A stretch of 64,000 nucleotides of DNA from Candidatus Latescibacterota bacterium (GCA_965217585.1 OZ244561.1:5440001-5504000); one strand, 5' to 3'; shown: positions 19,494-29,666, numbered from the stretch's first letter. Made by a program: numbers and translations. Notes: generated by a model from the sequence alone, not told the origin.

Positions 19494-19569
19494 AATGAGG
19501 GGTGGAAAATAGGGGTTGGCGTTGGGGGGAGCAATGGGCTGTGCGGCGCTGCGTGGGGGCCATGGCGGC

Positions 19570-19599
19570 TTGACAAGACGAAGAGGCGTCGGGTAGATT
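19570..19599 (+). promoter_or_regulatory. Putative sigma70 promoter
   Basis: TTGACA-18 nt-TAGATT upstream of the ATG at 19637. Confidence 0.4.
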
Positions 19600-19636
19600 G
19601 AGAAAGCAGAATCGACAATTTCAAACGAGGTGGAAC

Positions 19637-20332
19637 ATGCGTTGGATACTATGGATTTGGCTACCGACGATCCTGCTGGCAACAGGCGGGGCCGAGGCAA
19701 CTATGGAGACAGAACAGGTGCGGGGGCTGCTGGAGAAGATGCAGGCCGAAGAGGCGTGGGGCGAAGCCGTGTTTACCGATGGCCGGGTGCGCTCGTTGCG
19801 CGTGGAGGAGATTGAGGCGGATTCGGTGGCGGTCGTCGAGGTCGTCGGTGCCTTGCAGGAGCGGGAGGCCGCGTATGCACTGGCTGAATTTCGCTCGTTG
19901 CGCACGCTGGGGACGCATCGCATTCAGTCGCGCCGCGCCGCGTTCCAACAGTCAAAGTCCGGGCTGTTGGCCTTTCTGCTAGAAGTAACACCGCTGGCCG
20001 TAGGTCCGGGGTATTATTTTTCTAGCTACGAAGACCCGAGGTGGCTAGCACTGATGTGGCTGGGAGGTCCGGGTTATTTCTATATTGGGGAGCACAAACA
20101 GGGGCTCGCACTCATGGGCTTGATGACAGCGGCTATGGGAACGGCCATTCTGACGGGCGAGGAGGGCGCGGCCGGTTGGGTGCCTCTGGCCGCGTGGATC
20201 AAGATCGCGTCGTTGTTCCATCTGCGCGACCAAGTCCAAACTATCAACAAGTTGGCCAAGAACGTAGAACTGGGCGCTTTGCCCGGGCGCGAATCCACCG
20301 TCCCTGCCCTGCGGCTGAAGCTGTCTTTTTAG
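19637..20332 (+). CDS. Hypothetical exported/membrane protein
   Basis: Signal peptide, hydrophobic segments and C-terminal LRLKLSF. Confidence 0.65.
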   Translation: MRWILWIWLPTILLATGGAEATMETEQVRGLLEKMQAEEAWGEAVFTDGRVRSLRVEEIEADSVAVVEVVGALQEREAAYALAEFRSLRTLGTHRIQSRRAAFQQSKSGLLAFLLEVTPLAVGPGYYFSSYEDPRWLALMWLGGPGYFYIGEHKQGLALMGLMTAAMGTAILTGEEGAAGWVPLAAWIKIASLFHLRDQVQTINKLAKNVELGALPGRESTVPALRLKLSF

Positions 20333-20376
20333 CGGCTGCAAGAGGGGCCGTGCTGGCCCTGTGTTTGACTGGATAG

Positions 20377-20403
20377 ACCGGCCCTTGCGGGGGCCGGTTT
20401 TTT
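20377..20403 (+). terminator. Rho-independent terminator
   Basis: ACCGGCCC-ttgcgg-GGGCCGGT followed by a T-run, between convergent genes. Confidence 0.7.
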
Positions 20404-23400
20404 CATGCCCTCCAGACGCGGCCGATCCAAGCTCTTAGATCCATGGCCAAGCTGAGGAAGGTAGGCACTAGGAAGAGCGTGAATAGCGTGGACAGCATCA
20501 GGCCGCCGATGACGACGCTGCCCAAGCCTCGGTAGAGTTCGGAGCCAGCACCGGGGAAGACGACCAGTGGCAGCATCCCCAAGGCACTGGTAATCATGGA
20601 CATGAAGATCGGCCGCACGCGGCTGAACACTGCGTCGCGGATGGCCTCTTTGATCGGGGTTTGAGGCGCGTCGCGCAGGATGTTGAGCGTCTGGTGGACG
20701 ATGAGGATGGCGTTGTTGACCACCACGCCGACGAGGATGACGAAGCCGAGCATGGTGAGGATATCGAGCGGCTGATAGGTCAGCGTGAGGTTGACGACCT
20801 CCAGCCCGAGAATGCCGCCGGCCAATGCCGGGGGTACGCTGAGCATGATGACGAATGGGTAGAGGAAGCTCTCGAAGAGCGCGGCCATCAGCAGATAGGT
20901 AATCACCAAGGCCAACAGGAAGTTCCACTGGAGGGCTTGGCGAGTGCGCCGCAAGTCGTCGGCCGAGCCAGAAAGCTGGATCTGGTAGGGCGGGGCCAAC
21001 TCGCCCGAATCGATGAGGGGTTGGACGATCTGGGCTTGGATAGAATCGAGGGCCGTCTCCAAGGGAATGGTTTCCGGCGGGATGACTTGGACGGTAATGG
21101 CCCGGTTGCGCTCGATGTGGTTGATCTGCTCGGGGCCGGTGGTTACTTCGATGCGGGCCACGGCGCCGAGTGGCACCAGTTGGCCGCGCGGGGTGTAGAT
21201 GGGCAGGGCCGCAATGTCCTGAGTGCGGAACCAATCCTCCTCGCCCCGCAGCACCAAGTCGATCTCCTCGCCTTGAAACTGATAGCCATCGATGAGGGCA
21301 CCGTCTAATAGCGCGTTGACCGCCGAGCCGATGTCCCGGGCCGAAAGCCCGCTATCGGCGGCGCGCACCCGGTCGGGGTGGATGCGGACTTCTGGATTGC
21401 CCAGGTCGAGGCTGGGAATGGGGCGGGCTTGGGCACCGGGCACGACTTGGCTGACTTGGCCAAAGACCCGCCCCCCCAGCCCGATGAGGCGGCCCAGATC
21501 GGGACCGGTGATCTCGATGTCGATGGCCCGTCCGCTGCCCCCGCCGCGCTGGAAGAGGCTCGATTGCTGCACGATGGCGAAGGTGCCGGGCACCCCGCCG
21601 AAGACCGGCCCTTGGATGAGCGGAATCAGCTCGCGCACCCGCGCCGGGTCGGCCGAGCGCGCGCCCATGAAGGCCGAGCGCCCAAAGGCCACGAAGAACA
21701 TGTTGTCAACCGGCGGCCCCGATAGCGCTTGGGCTTGGGGGCTGTCGGGGGCCGCGGCCGCTTCCCAGTGGGGCCGTAGGACGTCCTCAATGGTCTGGCC
21801 GACTTGGATCAGCTCGTCGAGGTTGTAGCCGGGCGGCGGCAAGATGATGCCGAAGACTAGGTTGCGATTGCCGGTGGGCAGGTATTCGGATTTGGGCAGC
21901 AGGGTCCAGGCGATGCCCAGCGAGAGGCCGATCAGCCCGGTGATGACTCCCAAGCGCAATGCTGTGCTGCCGCTGATGTGGAAGACGCTTTGGGCGATAA
22001 AGGTCCGTACCCGGTCGCCCCAAGCGGCCAGCGTATCCCCGCGCTGCTTGTCGCTGCCGAGAATTTTGTTGGCTAGGCTGGGGATGACGGAGATGGCCAC
22101 GACCAAGCTGAGCACCACCGAACAGGAGACCGCGATGGCGATGTCGCGGAAGAGCTGACCGGCCTCGTCCTCGACGAAGACGATGGGCAGGAAGATGGCC
22201 ACTGTGGTCAAGGTGCTGGCTAGGAGCGCCCCCCAGACCTCCGAAACCCCGTCCAAGGCCGCGCGGGCGCGGGTTTTGCCCATCTGCTGGTGGCGGAAAA
22301 TGTTTTCGAGCGCGACGATGGCGTTGTCGATGACCATGCCCACCGCAAAGCTCATCCCGGCCAAGCTAATGACGTTGATGTTGCGGCCCAAAAGCCACAT
22401 GGCCAAAAAGGTGCCGACGATCGAGATCGGGATGGCCGTGGCGATGATCGCCACCGAGCTGACGCTGCGCAGAAAGATAAAGAGCACCATCACGGCCAGC
22501 GCGCCGCCGACGATGATGTTGGAGCGCACCAAGCCGATGGCGCTTTCTATGTAGTCGGTCTCGTCGTACACCTGAGTGAGGGAGAGGCCCTCGCGGGCCA
22601 GCGGCCCCTCGTTGAGTTCCCGGATGGTGCGGCGGATGCCGTCCATGACTTCGAGGACGTTGGCCCCGGTCTCGCGCTGGGCGTTGATGGCAATGGCGGG
22701 TCGGCCCTTTTGCCGCACTGCGGCCCCGGCGCGGACGTAGCCAAGGCGGGTGCGGGCGATCTCGCCGACGGTGACGCGGGTGCCATTGGCCGAGCGGACG
22801 ACGACCTGCTCGATGTCGCTGGGCTGTTGGTACTGGCCGACGGTGCGCACGATGTAGCGGCGCTTGCCCTCGTCAAAGGCCCCAGCGCTGGTATTGGCGT
22901 TTTCGCGGGTGAGGGCCTGGGCTAGGTCTTGCACGGTGAGCTGGCGGGCGGCCATAGCCTGCGGATCGACGATGACCTGTAGCTGGCGGTCGTAGCCGCC
23001 ATAGACGTTGCTGCGGGCCACGCCGGGCACGCGCTCGAGGGCGGTTTTGACGACTTCCTCGGCGTAGTCGCGGTAGCGCTCGACATCCCGTTCGTCGCGG
23101 TCGGGCAAGGTGTCGAGGATCAGCCAAGTGATGGCCCTGCCTGGGCCGGTGCCGCCGGCCGAGAGCACGGGTCGCTCGGCGTCGAGCGGATAGCCGAAGA
23201 CTTGGTCGAGCTTGTTGGAGACCAACAGCAGCACTGCGTCTGGATCGACGCCGACGTTGAATTCGAGGGAGACGACCCCGCGACTGTCGTTGCTCTCGCT
23301 GGTCATAAGCACCAGTCCCTCGACGCTTTTGAGCTGTTCCTCTTGGCGCTGGACGATCTCTTGTTCGACTTCTTCTGGGCTAGCGCCCGGCCACAAGGTG

Positions 23401-23543
23401 GTGACCGTGACTATGGGCCGATCGACGTCTGGGGTGAGCTGAACGGGGATGCGGAAGAGGGATATCAGGCCGAAGAGCGCGACAAAGAGCACGCCGACGA
23501 CCACGCTGACGGGCCGCTTGATGGCCGTATCGACTAGGCGCAT
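20403..23543 (-). CDS. RND efflux permease (AcrB/AcrD/AcrF family)
   Basis: 1046 aa. GMVIDNAIV, GVVVNNAIL and RVRPIFM motifs, 12-TM pattern. Confidence 0.95.
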   Translation of the reverse strand: MRLVDTAIKRPVSVVVGVLFVALFGLISLFRIPVQLTPDVDRPIVTVTTLWPGASPEEVEQEIVQRQEEQLKSVEGLVLMTSESNDSRGVVSLEFNVGVDPDAVLLLVSNKLDQVFGYPLDAERPVLSAGGTGPGRAITWLILDTLPDRDERDVERYRDYAEEVVKTALERVPGVARSNVYGGYDRQLQVIVDPQAMAARQLTVQDLAQALTRENANTSAGAFDEGKRRYIVRTVGQYQQPSDIEQVVVRSANGTRVTVGEIARTRLGYVRAGAAVRQKGRPAIAINAQRETGANVLEVMDGIRRTIRELNEGPLAREGLSLTQVYDETDYIESAIGLVRSNIIVGGALAVMVLFIFLRSVSSVAIIATAIPISIVGTFLAMWLLGRNINVISLAGMSFAVGMVIDNAIVALENIFRHQQMGKTRARAALDGVSEVWGALLASTLTTVAIFLPIVFVEDEAGQLFRDIAIAVSCSVVLSLVVAISVIPSLANKILGSDKQRGDTLAAWGDRVRTFIAQSVFHISGSTALRLGVITGLIGLSLGIAWTLLPKSEYLPTGNRNLVFGIILPPPGYNLDELIQVGQTIEDVLRPHWEAAAAPDSPQAQALSGPPVDNMFFVAFGRSAFMGARSADPARVRELIPLIQGPVFGGVPGTFAIVQQSSLFQRGGGSGRAIDIEITGPDLGRLIGLGGRVFGQVSQVVPGAQARPIPSLDLGNPEVRIHPDRVRAADSGLSARDIGSAVNALLDGALIDGYQFQGEEIDLVLRGEEDWFRTQDIAALPIYTPRGQLVPLGAVARIEVTTGPEQINHIERNRAITVQVIPPETIPLETALDSIQAQIVQPLIDSGELAPPYQIQLSGSADDLRRTRQALQWNFLLALVITYLLMAALFESFLYPFVIMLSVPPALAGGILGLEVVNLTLTYQPLDILTMLGFVILVGVVVNNAILIVHQTLNILRDAPQTPIKEAIRDAVFSRVRPIFMSMITSALGMLPLVVFPGAGSELYRGLGSVVIGGLMLSTLFTLFLVPTFLSLAMDLRAWIGRVWRA

Positions 23544-23549
23544 GATGGA

Positions 23550-24560
23550 CTATGGCTGCCGGCGGATGATGCGCACGGCTTGGCCGTCCATCAGTCGCTC
23601 ATTGCCGCGCACCACGGCCAGATCGCCGGGCGCGAGTTCGCCCGTAACGGCCACGTAGCCCTTGTGCGCCAGCCCGGTCTCGACGGGATGGCTGACGGCT
23701 TTGCCGTCGCGGGCGAGGTACACGACCTGCCCTTGTGGACCGGAGACTAGGGCGTCTTTGTGCACCAGGAGCGATGCCTTGGCCTGCGCGATCTGGAAGC
23801 GCACTCGTGCGGACATATTGCTGCGCATCCGGCCGTCTGGGTTGAGGGCCCCGACGACGACCGGAAAGGTGCGGGAGGAGGCGTAGCCCTCGGCGAGGAT
23901 GACGGCCACGCGGCCGGCGATGGGGTCGCCGCCGAGGGCATCAACGGAGATGTCAGCGCGGTCGCCCAAGGCGAGCTGCGGCACGTAACGTTCGGGCACC
24001 TCGACGATCACGCGGACGGTGTCGATGGAGATTACTTGGGCAATCTCGCCGCCGCGCCCGACCCATTGGCCGACCTCGGTAAAGGTCTGGATGATGTGCC
24101 CGGAGAAGGGGGCGCGGACGAAGAGGTCTTCTACTTGGGCCTGGAGACCGGCTAGCTTGGCTTGGGCGCGGGCCAGTTCGTAGGCGTCGTCGCGCAAGTC
24201 TTGCTCGGAGACCGCGTCGGTGGCGCGCAACTGGCGGCTGCGGTCGTGGTTGAACTGGCGCAGCGCGAAATCGGCCTGTGCTTCAGCTAGCGCGGCTTGA
24301 AGCGGATCGTTGGCTAACTTGAAGAGGGGGTCGCCAGCGCGCACGGCTTGACCGGCTTCCTTGAAGCGCTTGACCACTCGCCCCTCGGTCTCGGTGGCGA
24401 CGCGGCTGGAGCGCCGGGGCTGGATGCGTCCGACAAAGGAGAGGTCTTCGACGAGCGGTTGTTCGAGGACTTCGGCGACGATGACCGGCGTTGGCGGACG
24501 CTCTTGGCTTAGGAGCGCGCTGGGCAGCAAGGTCAGGAGCAGGAGGAAGACGAGGAGCAT
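23550..24560 (-). CDS. RND periplasmic adaptor (membrane fusion protein)
   Basis: EGRV, APFSG, SRTF and GEL.PGD.AVVRG motifs. Adjacent to the permease. Confidence 0.9.
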   Translation of the reverse strand: MLLVFLLLLTLLPSALLSQERPPTPVIVAEVLEQPLVEDLSFVGRIQPRRSSRVATETEGRVVKRFKEAGQAVRAGDPLFKLANDPLQAALAEAQADFALRQFNHDRSRQLRATDAVSEQDLRDDAYELARAQAKLAGLQAQVEDLFVRAPFSGHIIQTFTEVGQWVGRGGEIAQVISIDTVRVIVEVPERYVPQLALGDRADISVDALGGDPIAGRVAVILAEGYASSRTFPVVVGALNPDGRMRSNMSARVRFQIAQAKASLLVHKDALVSGPQGQVVYLARDGKAVSHPVETGLAHKGYVAVTGELAPGDLAVVRGNERLMDGQAVRIIRRQP

Positions 24561-24630
24561 TTGGATTTCCTTGGCGGAGTGAAAAAGCGCCAAGAAGGTA
24601 GGAATTGGATTGAACCGGGACAATGGGGCG

Positions 24631-25425
24631 CTACTTGCGCCGCAGGACTGCGGTCTCCCGCACAAACCGCGCGCGGTAGTTCTGACCCCCGCTGGCTCCG
24701 TACTGGTCAATCAGGCGCTCGATGCGACGGATCCGCTCGCCGGTGGGAGGATGGCTGGAGAAGAGTTTTTCTAGGTCGGAGCGCCGGCGTGCTTCCAGCT
24801 TTTTCAGTTTTTCAAAAAAGCGCAGCAGACCGCGTGGGTCGTACCCGGCGGCGATGGCGTAGCGGACGCCGAAGGTATCGGCTTCGCGCTCGTCGTCGCG
24901 GCTGAAGCGGGCACTGCCGAGCTGGGAGGCGATCTGGCCGAGTTGGTAGGGATCTTCGCCGAGGGCGAGGCTGGTGAGGACGTCCATGCCGAAGCGGGCG
25001 GCGAGTTGGTTGGCGGAGTGGCGGCCGACGATGTGGCCGATCTCGTGGGCTAAGACCCCGGCGATCTCAGCCTCGTCTTCGGCGATCAGCAACAGGCCGC
25101 TATAGACGTAGAGATACCCGCCGAGGACGGCGAAGGCGTTTATTTCTTCGGGGTCGTCGAGCACCTTAACATGGTAGTGGATGCCGGGGCGGTCTTCTAG
25201 GGCAAAGGGGATCAGGGCCGCGGCGACGCGCTGGATATAGGACTGGAGGCGGCGGTCGGGATGGAGGCGTTGTTGGTCTTCGATTTGGGCGGCTAGCTGG
25301 GTGCCGAGTTTGATTTCGGTTTCGTCGGGAACCAAGACATAGCCCAGCACGCGGCGGCTGGTGTCGCAGCCGGACGAGAGGGCGCAAGTGGCGATGAGCA
25401 AGACGATAAGGGTGCGTTGGGGCAT
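24631..25425 (-). CDS. M48 family metallopeptidase lipoprotein
   Basis: Lipobox SSGC, INAFA, HEIGH, E.EAD, SSHP. Confidence 0.9.
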   Translation of the reverse strand: MPQRTLIVLLIATCALSSGCDTSRRVLGYVLVPDETEIKLGTQLAAQIEDQQRLHPDRRLQSYIQRVAAALIPFALEDRPGIHYHVKVLDDPEEINAFAVLGGYLYVYSGLLLIAEDEAEIAGVLAHEIGHIVGRHSANQLAARFGMDVLTSLALGEDPYQLGQIASQLGSARFSRDDEREADTFGVRYAIAAGYDPRGLLRFFEKLKKLEARRRSDLEKLFSSHPPTGERIRRIERLIDQYGASGGQNYRARFVRETAVLRRK

Positions 25426-25480
25426 GGCCGTTGGCTTCCTTGCGATGGGTACAGGTTAAACACCAAACAGCTAACGCCCG

Positions 25481-26191
25481 TTACTTTTTCTTTCGCGCGC
25501 CAAACTCGATCACTTTTTTTTGCGGCGAGAGGTTGATTTCGTCGAGTACCGTGCCGTCGCGCGCTGTCAGGGCTTGGACGATGACCTCGGCGACGTCTTC
25601 CGGCAGGATGTAGTTGTCAGAGGCCGGGCCGTGCCGGAAGTCCAATTCGTCGAAAAAGGGCGACTGGACCATGCCGGGGTTGACCAACGTGACGCGGATG
25701 CCAGCGCGGGCGCACTCGGCGCGCAGGGCTTGGGCGAGGCCGCGCAGGGCGAATTTAGCCGCGCAGTACAAGCTGCCTTGGGCCGTGCCGGCGAGCGCAG
25801 CTTCCGATCCCATAAAGACCAAGTGCCCACGCCCGGCTTTTTTGAGGGTGGGCAAGAAGGCGCGGGCGACGAAGACGTGACTGGTGAAGTTGAGGTCAAT
25901 CAGGGCGCGGATTTGGCTGTAGGAGAATTGCTCTAGGGCACCGAAGCGGCCGACGCCGGCGTTGAGGACTAGGGCGTCGAGGGCTGGATAGGCGGCGACA
26001 AGTGCTTTTAGGTGCTCGGGGAGTTCGTCGAGCGCGGCTAGGTCGATGGCATGAGCCTGATAACGAGCGTGGTCGCAGGAGAATTTACCCAAGTCGCGGG
26101 CAATGCCGATGGCGCTATGGCCGTCGGCGAGCAGCTTCTCGCAGATGGCGCGGCCAATGCCGGAACTGGCACCAGTGACGAGGACGCGCAT
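25481..26191 (-). CDS. Short-chain dehydrogenase/reductase
   Basis: TGASSGIG, NAG, YCAAK. Confidence 0.9.
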   Translation of the reverse strand: MRVLVTGASSGIGRAICEKLLADGHSAIGIARDLGKFSCDHARYQAHAIDLAALDELPEHLKALVAAYPALDALVLNAGVGRFGALEQFSYSQIRALIDLNFTSHVFVARAFLPTLKKAGRGHLVFMGSEAALAGTAQGSLYCAAKFALRGLAQALRAECARAGIRVTLVNPGMVQSPFFDELDFRHGPASDNYILPEDVAEVIVQALTARDGTVLDEINLSPQKKVIEFGARKKK

Positions 26192-26192
26192 A

Positions 26193-27200
26193 TCAGACCT
26201 GTAGAGTGGTGGAGGGGCAGGGGAAGAAAAGCTCTGCGGGAATGTACTGGAGCAATTGATCCGCGCAAAAGTCGTGTAGCTTTTGGGCCAAGGCGGGCCG
26301 GTAGGAGACCATGCCGTCTTTTTCCTCCAAGCCATAAGCGAGGAGCTTTTCGTCCGGGTAGAGTTTGTGCATGGTTTTGTACATGCCCTGCGGCAGGCGG
26401 AACTGGCCCAGGCTGACTGAGTGCAGGCCGTCGCGGCGGATTTGCGAGAACGCGAGGGCGAACAGGTCGCGGTAGCGCTCCTCGTAGGCGCGGTCGTAGA
26501 TCAGCGGATCAAAGCGCAGCCCAATGGGCCAGCCGCGCTTTTGCAGGGCAGCGATGGCCTCCAAGCGCCGGGCTACTGGCGGTGCGCCGGCCTCGAATTG
26601 ATCGGCTAGGGCCGGAGGGGTCATGCTGAAGGCGACGACGCAGTTGGGCAGGGGCTCGGCGGCGAGTAGGGTCTTGATGCGCACGCTCTTGGTACGCAAC
26701 TCGAAGTACGCCTGCGGGTGGTCGGCAAAGAAGGAGAGGAAGTCGGCTGTAAAGTGGGTAATGCCCTCTAACGCGAGGCTGTCGCAGTCGTAGCCGGAGA
26801 AGAAATAGGGCGTATCGGGTGCGTCCGCGGTGATGTGCGCGGCGATGTCCTGCTGGAAGTCCTCGTAGTTGACAAAGAGGACCAAGTGCGCCGAGCGATA
26901 CAGGCCCTGGAGGAAGCAGTAGCGGCAGTCGTAGGGGCAGTTGAGTAGATGCGAAAAATAGTAATTGCGCTCGCCGCCGATGCCGTAGCCGTCGGGTGCG
27001 GGGAGGACGCGCCGCCCGGCCTTGTGGGCGAGGATGAGCGCGGGGCGGCGCTTTTGCAGGCGGAAGTTTTGCGCCGTGCGGTTGAAGACTTCGCCGTAGC
27101 GGGCACAGGGGACTAGCTGAGCGCGGGGGAAGCGGTCGAGCAGGGCGCGGGTGCGCGGGTGGTCGAGGATGGACTCTTCGGCGTAGATGAAATCGAACAT
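26193..27200 (-). CDS. Spore-photoproduct-lyase-like radical SAM protein
   Basis: CPYDCRYCFL cluster motif, FVNYED, ELRTKS, RFDP. Confidence 0.85.
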   Translation of the reverse strand: MFDFIYAEESILDHPRTRALLDRFPRAQLVPCARYGEVFNRTAQNFRLQKRRPALILAHKAGRRVLPAPDGYGIGGERNYYFSHLLNCPYDCRYCFLQGLYRSAHLVLFVNYEDFQQDIAAHITADAPDTPYFFSGYDCDSLALEGITHFTADFLSFFADHPQAYFELRTKSVRIKTLLAAEPLPNCVVAFSMTPPALADQFEAGAPPVARRLEAIAALQKRGWPIGLRFDPLIYDRAYEERYRDLFALAFSQIRRDGLHSVSLGQFRLPQGMYKTMHKLYPDEKLLAYGLEEKDGMVSYRPALAQKLHDFCADQLLQYIPAELFFPCPSTTLQV

Positions 27201-27413
27201 GCTTATACATACGGGGAAAAAAGTCCTCACGCCAAGGAAGGTCTCCCTCACGCACCGTCATTAGAGCTCGCCGGTGAGGTTAAGCCGCGTCACAAAGTGA
27301 GAAGGACAGATGAGATATTTTGCTTGATATTGCGACGTACATTGGGCAATCTCTCCCGAGGCGTATTCAACGCCGAGGGCTAGCACCCTACCTATAGGAG
27401 AGGGATCGGCAGG

Positions 27414-28319
27414 ATGGGGATCGGGATACTGTGCATGCTGGGGGTGTTCGCGTTGTGGAGCGTCATCCCGGTGCTGGTGAAACTGCTATTTCCCGTTTTC
27501 GATCCGTTCACGATCGCCTTTCTCCGGTTGCTGCAAGGAGCGGCGGTCGTGTCGGTCGCCTTTTTCGCGCGCGGCCATACCCTGCGGGATATTCAATGGT
27601 CTTGGTGGCATGTGATCGGAGGGCTGGGCATAAGCCTGAACTTCTCGCTCTATGCGTTGTCGCTGAGTTATACCACGGCCAGCGCTGGCTCGTTGGTCGT
27701 CCAGGTGCAATACGTCGCGCTGACGGTGCTGGCCGTCGCCGTGCTGCGCGAGCGGTTGGGCGCGGGGAAAATGGCAGGTATGGCGCTGGTGCTGGCCGGA
27801 GTCGCGGTGGTCGTGGGGGCGCGCGAGGATGTGGGCCACCTGTTCGCACCGCGCTATGTACTGGGCAATGTGCTGATGCTGTTCTCGGGGCTGGGCTGGG
27901 GGATATACGCGCTCGCCAACAAGGCACTTGCGCAGCGGGCGGGGACCGCGGCGATACTGATCCCAATGATGACAATGGGTGTGGTGGTCACGGGCGCACT
28001 CGCCGCGACCCATTTCCAACTTCGCTCGGAGCCGACGGCGGACACGTGGATTGTGGTGCTCGTGCTGGGCGTGTTGGCCACTGGCTGTGCGTTTGTTTTG
28101 GTCTCGGAGGGCATGAAGCGGTTCAGTGCCGTGCTGGTCGGTACGCTGACCGCTACGACGCCCATCGGGCAGATCGCGCTGGCCCACTGGGTCTTGGGGG
28201 AACCAGTGACTTGGAGCCTGACTGGCGGTGGGGTTTTGATCTTGGCCGGCGTGCTCGGCATGGTGTACGCCGAGCGATTCCAGGCCAGACAGCGAGCTCG
28301 CGGCTTGGATCTCGCTTAA
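27414..28319 (+). CDS. DMT/EamA family transporter
   Basis: About ten hydrophobic helices in two repeats (LRER and LGEP ends). Confidence 0.85.
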   Translation: MGIGILCMLGVFALWSVIPVLVKLLFPVFDPFTIAFLRLLQGAAVVSVAFFARGHTLRDIQWSWWHVIGGLGISLNFSLYALSLSYTTASAGSLVVQVQYVALTVLAVAVLRERLGAGKMAGMALVLAGVAVVVGAREDVGHLFAPRYVLGNVLMLFSGLGWGIYALANKALAQRAGTAAILIPMMTMGVVVTGALAATHFQLRSEPTADTWIVVLVLGVLATGCAFVLVSEGMKRFSAVLVGTLTATTPIGQIALAHWVLGEPVTWSLTGGGVLILAGVLGMVYAERFQARQRARGLDLA

Positions 28320-28342
28320 TACGATATATGGTTCGTTTAGTC

Positions 28343-29125
28343 CTAAGCCACTAGGTGCGCCCGTTCGGGCCGCAGAAGCTCTCTTAGTTTAGCGTCGTAT
28401 TCTTGCTTGGTCGCCGCCTGATTTTCGGGCAGGCCGATCGCGACCCCTGCCGCAGCATAGGTCATAACCAGCGCCTTGCGAGGCTCGTTGTCTATGTTGG
28501 TTGATCCGCCGTGGACCATCGACGTCGTCAGCACGGTCACCTGTCCCGCTTGCGCCAAAACCGGCTGCGGCGCGGCGTATTCCGGCGGCAGGTCCACCAT
28601 TTTGATTCCCTGGACCCCCGGTAGCGCGTCTTTTAGCACTGGATCGGCCGAACGCGCAGCGGCTACGAGGCGGTGGCTGCCTGGCCGGTGCATCATCGGC
28701 GCACGTCGTTGGTTGACGTCGGTCAACCACAGAAAAAAACTGCATACGACCCGCCGTGGCGTCGCGGCCCAATCCTCCAGGCTGTACTGGATATCGGTGT
28801 GCTGGTCGTAGCTGAACTCGCTTGCCGGCTGGGGATAAGAGGCCAGAATCGCCGTCTGGAAGAAGCGGATCGCATCGGCTCGTAGCACTCGTTTGGCGAC
28901 CGCTTCAAAGAAGGGATGCTGGATCAGGTCCAGTAGGGCCGGCTCGTAGTAATTGCAGGTCGCCCCGTAGCGAAAACGCGGTGCCTGGTCCGGTTCGGCT
29001 GCTTTAAAAGGCAGCAGTGCGTCGATGGCGGCCGCGGCCGCGGCGATTTCTTTGGTAGTCAAAGGCGTGTCGATGGTGACAGCACCCCGCTCCTCAAAGA
29101 CCCTTAATTGTTCTACGTCGATCAT
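28343..29125 (-). CDS. PhyH family Fe(II)/2OG dioxygenase
   Basis: HTD facial-triad motif, PGSH, VHGG..N...R. Confidence 0.85.
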   Translation of the reverse strand: MIDVEQLRVFEERGAVTIDTPLTTKEIAAAAAAIDALLPFKAAEPDQAPRFRYGATCNYYEPALLDLIQHPFFEAVAKRVLRADAIRFFQTAILASYPQPASEFSYDQHTDIQYSLEDWAATPRRVVCSFFLWLTDVNQRRAPMMHRPGSHRLVAAARSADPVLKDALPGVQGIKMVDLPPEYAAPQPVLAQAGQVTVLTTSMVHGGSTNIDNEPRKALVMTYAAAGVAIGLPENQAATKQEYDAKLRELLRPERAHLVA

Positions 29126-29155
29126 AGCTCCTTCCTTTCCAAAGCGGCTGTCAAG

Positions 29156-29221
29156 CTAGGCATGGACGGTCGAACGGGATACCCGCCAGAGCCGGCAGAC
29201 CCGTTGGAGCCCATAGCGCTG
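29156..29221 (-). pseudogene. IS3-family transposase fragment
   Basis: Translates to QRYGLQRVCRLWRVSRSTVHA, resembling an IS3 OrfB N-terminal HTH. Confidence 0.55.
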
Positions 29222-29327
29222 CCGTAGCGGTCGCAGGGGACTTGTTGGGCACGGGGAAGCGGTCGGGTAGGGCGCGGGTGCGTGGGTGGTCGAGGATGGA
29301 ATCTTCGGCGTAGATGAAATCGAACAT
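29221..29327 (-). repeat. Duplicated 5' end of the SPL-like gene (copy of 27093-27200)
   Basis: About 10 mismatches and 1 gap over 108 bp by manual alignment. Ends at the ATG. Confidence 0.9.
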
Positions 29328-29348
29328 AGCTATATGCTGTCAGCCAGT

Positions 29349-29666
29349 TCAGGGAGTGCTTGTATTGCCCGATAGTTTGGCCGCTAGCACATGGGCCGGC
29401 ACGACTTTGACAGCATTCATCATTTTTCCCATAGAACCTTTTAGAGTACCTGATAAACGGGTTTTCAGACGACCAAAAATTCTATAATCCTTCCTTTTAT
29501 ATGGGCCACTGACGACGAGCCAAAAATCGTATCTTTTATTTTGTAGGAGAAGCTCTACATCGTTATATGCAGTACCCAAGCGGCATAGTACGAGCATTGA
29601 TCCATAAACTTTCAGTTTGTTTTCTTGGAGGATACATTTATCGACAAACTCAGCGAGTGTGATCAT
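29349..29666 (-). CDS. Hypothetical partner of the disrupted ATPase (possibly truncated)
   Basis: AT-rich ORF whose ATG overlaps the ATPase stop codon. Confidence 0.5.
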   Translation of the reverse strand: MITLAEFVDKCILQENKLKVYGSMLVLCRLGTAYNDVELLLQNKRYDFWLVVSGPYKRKDYRIFGRLKTRLSGTLKGSMGKMMNAVKVVPAHVLAAKLSGNTSTP

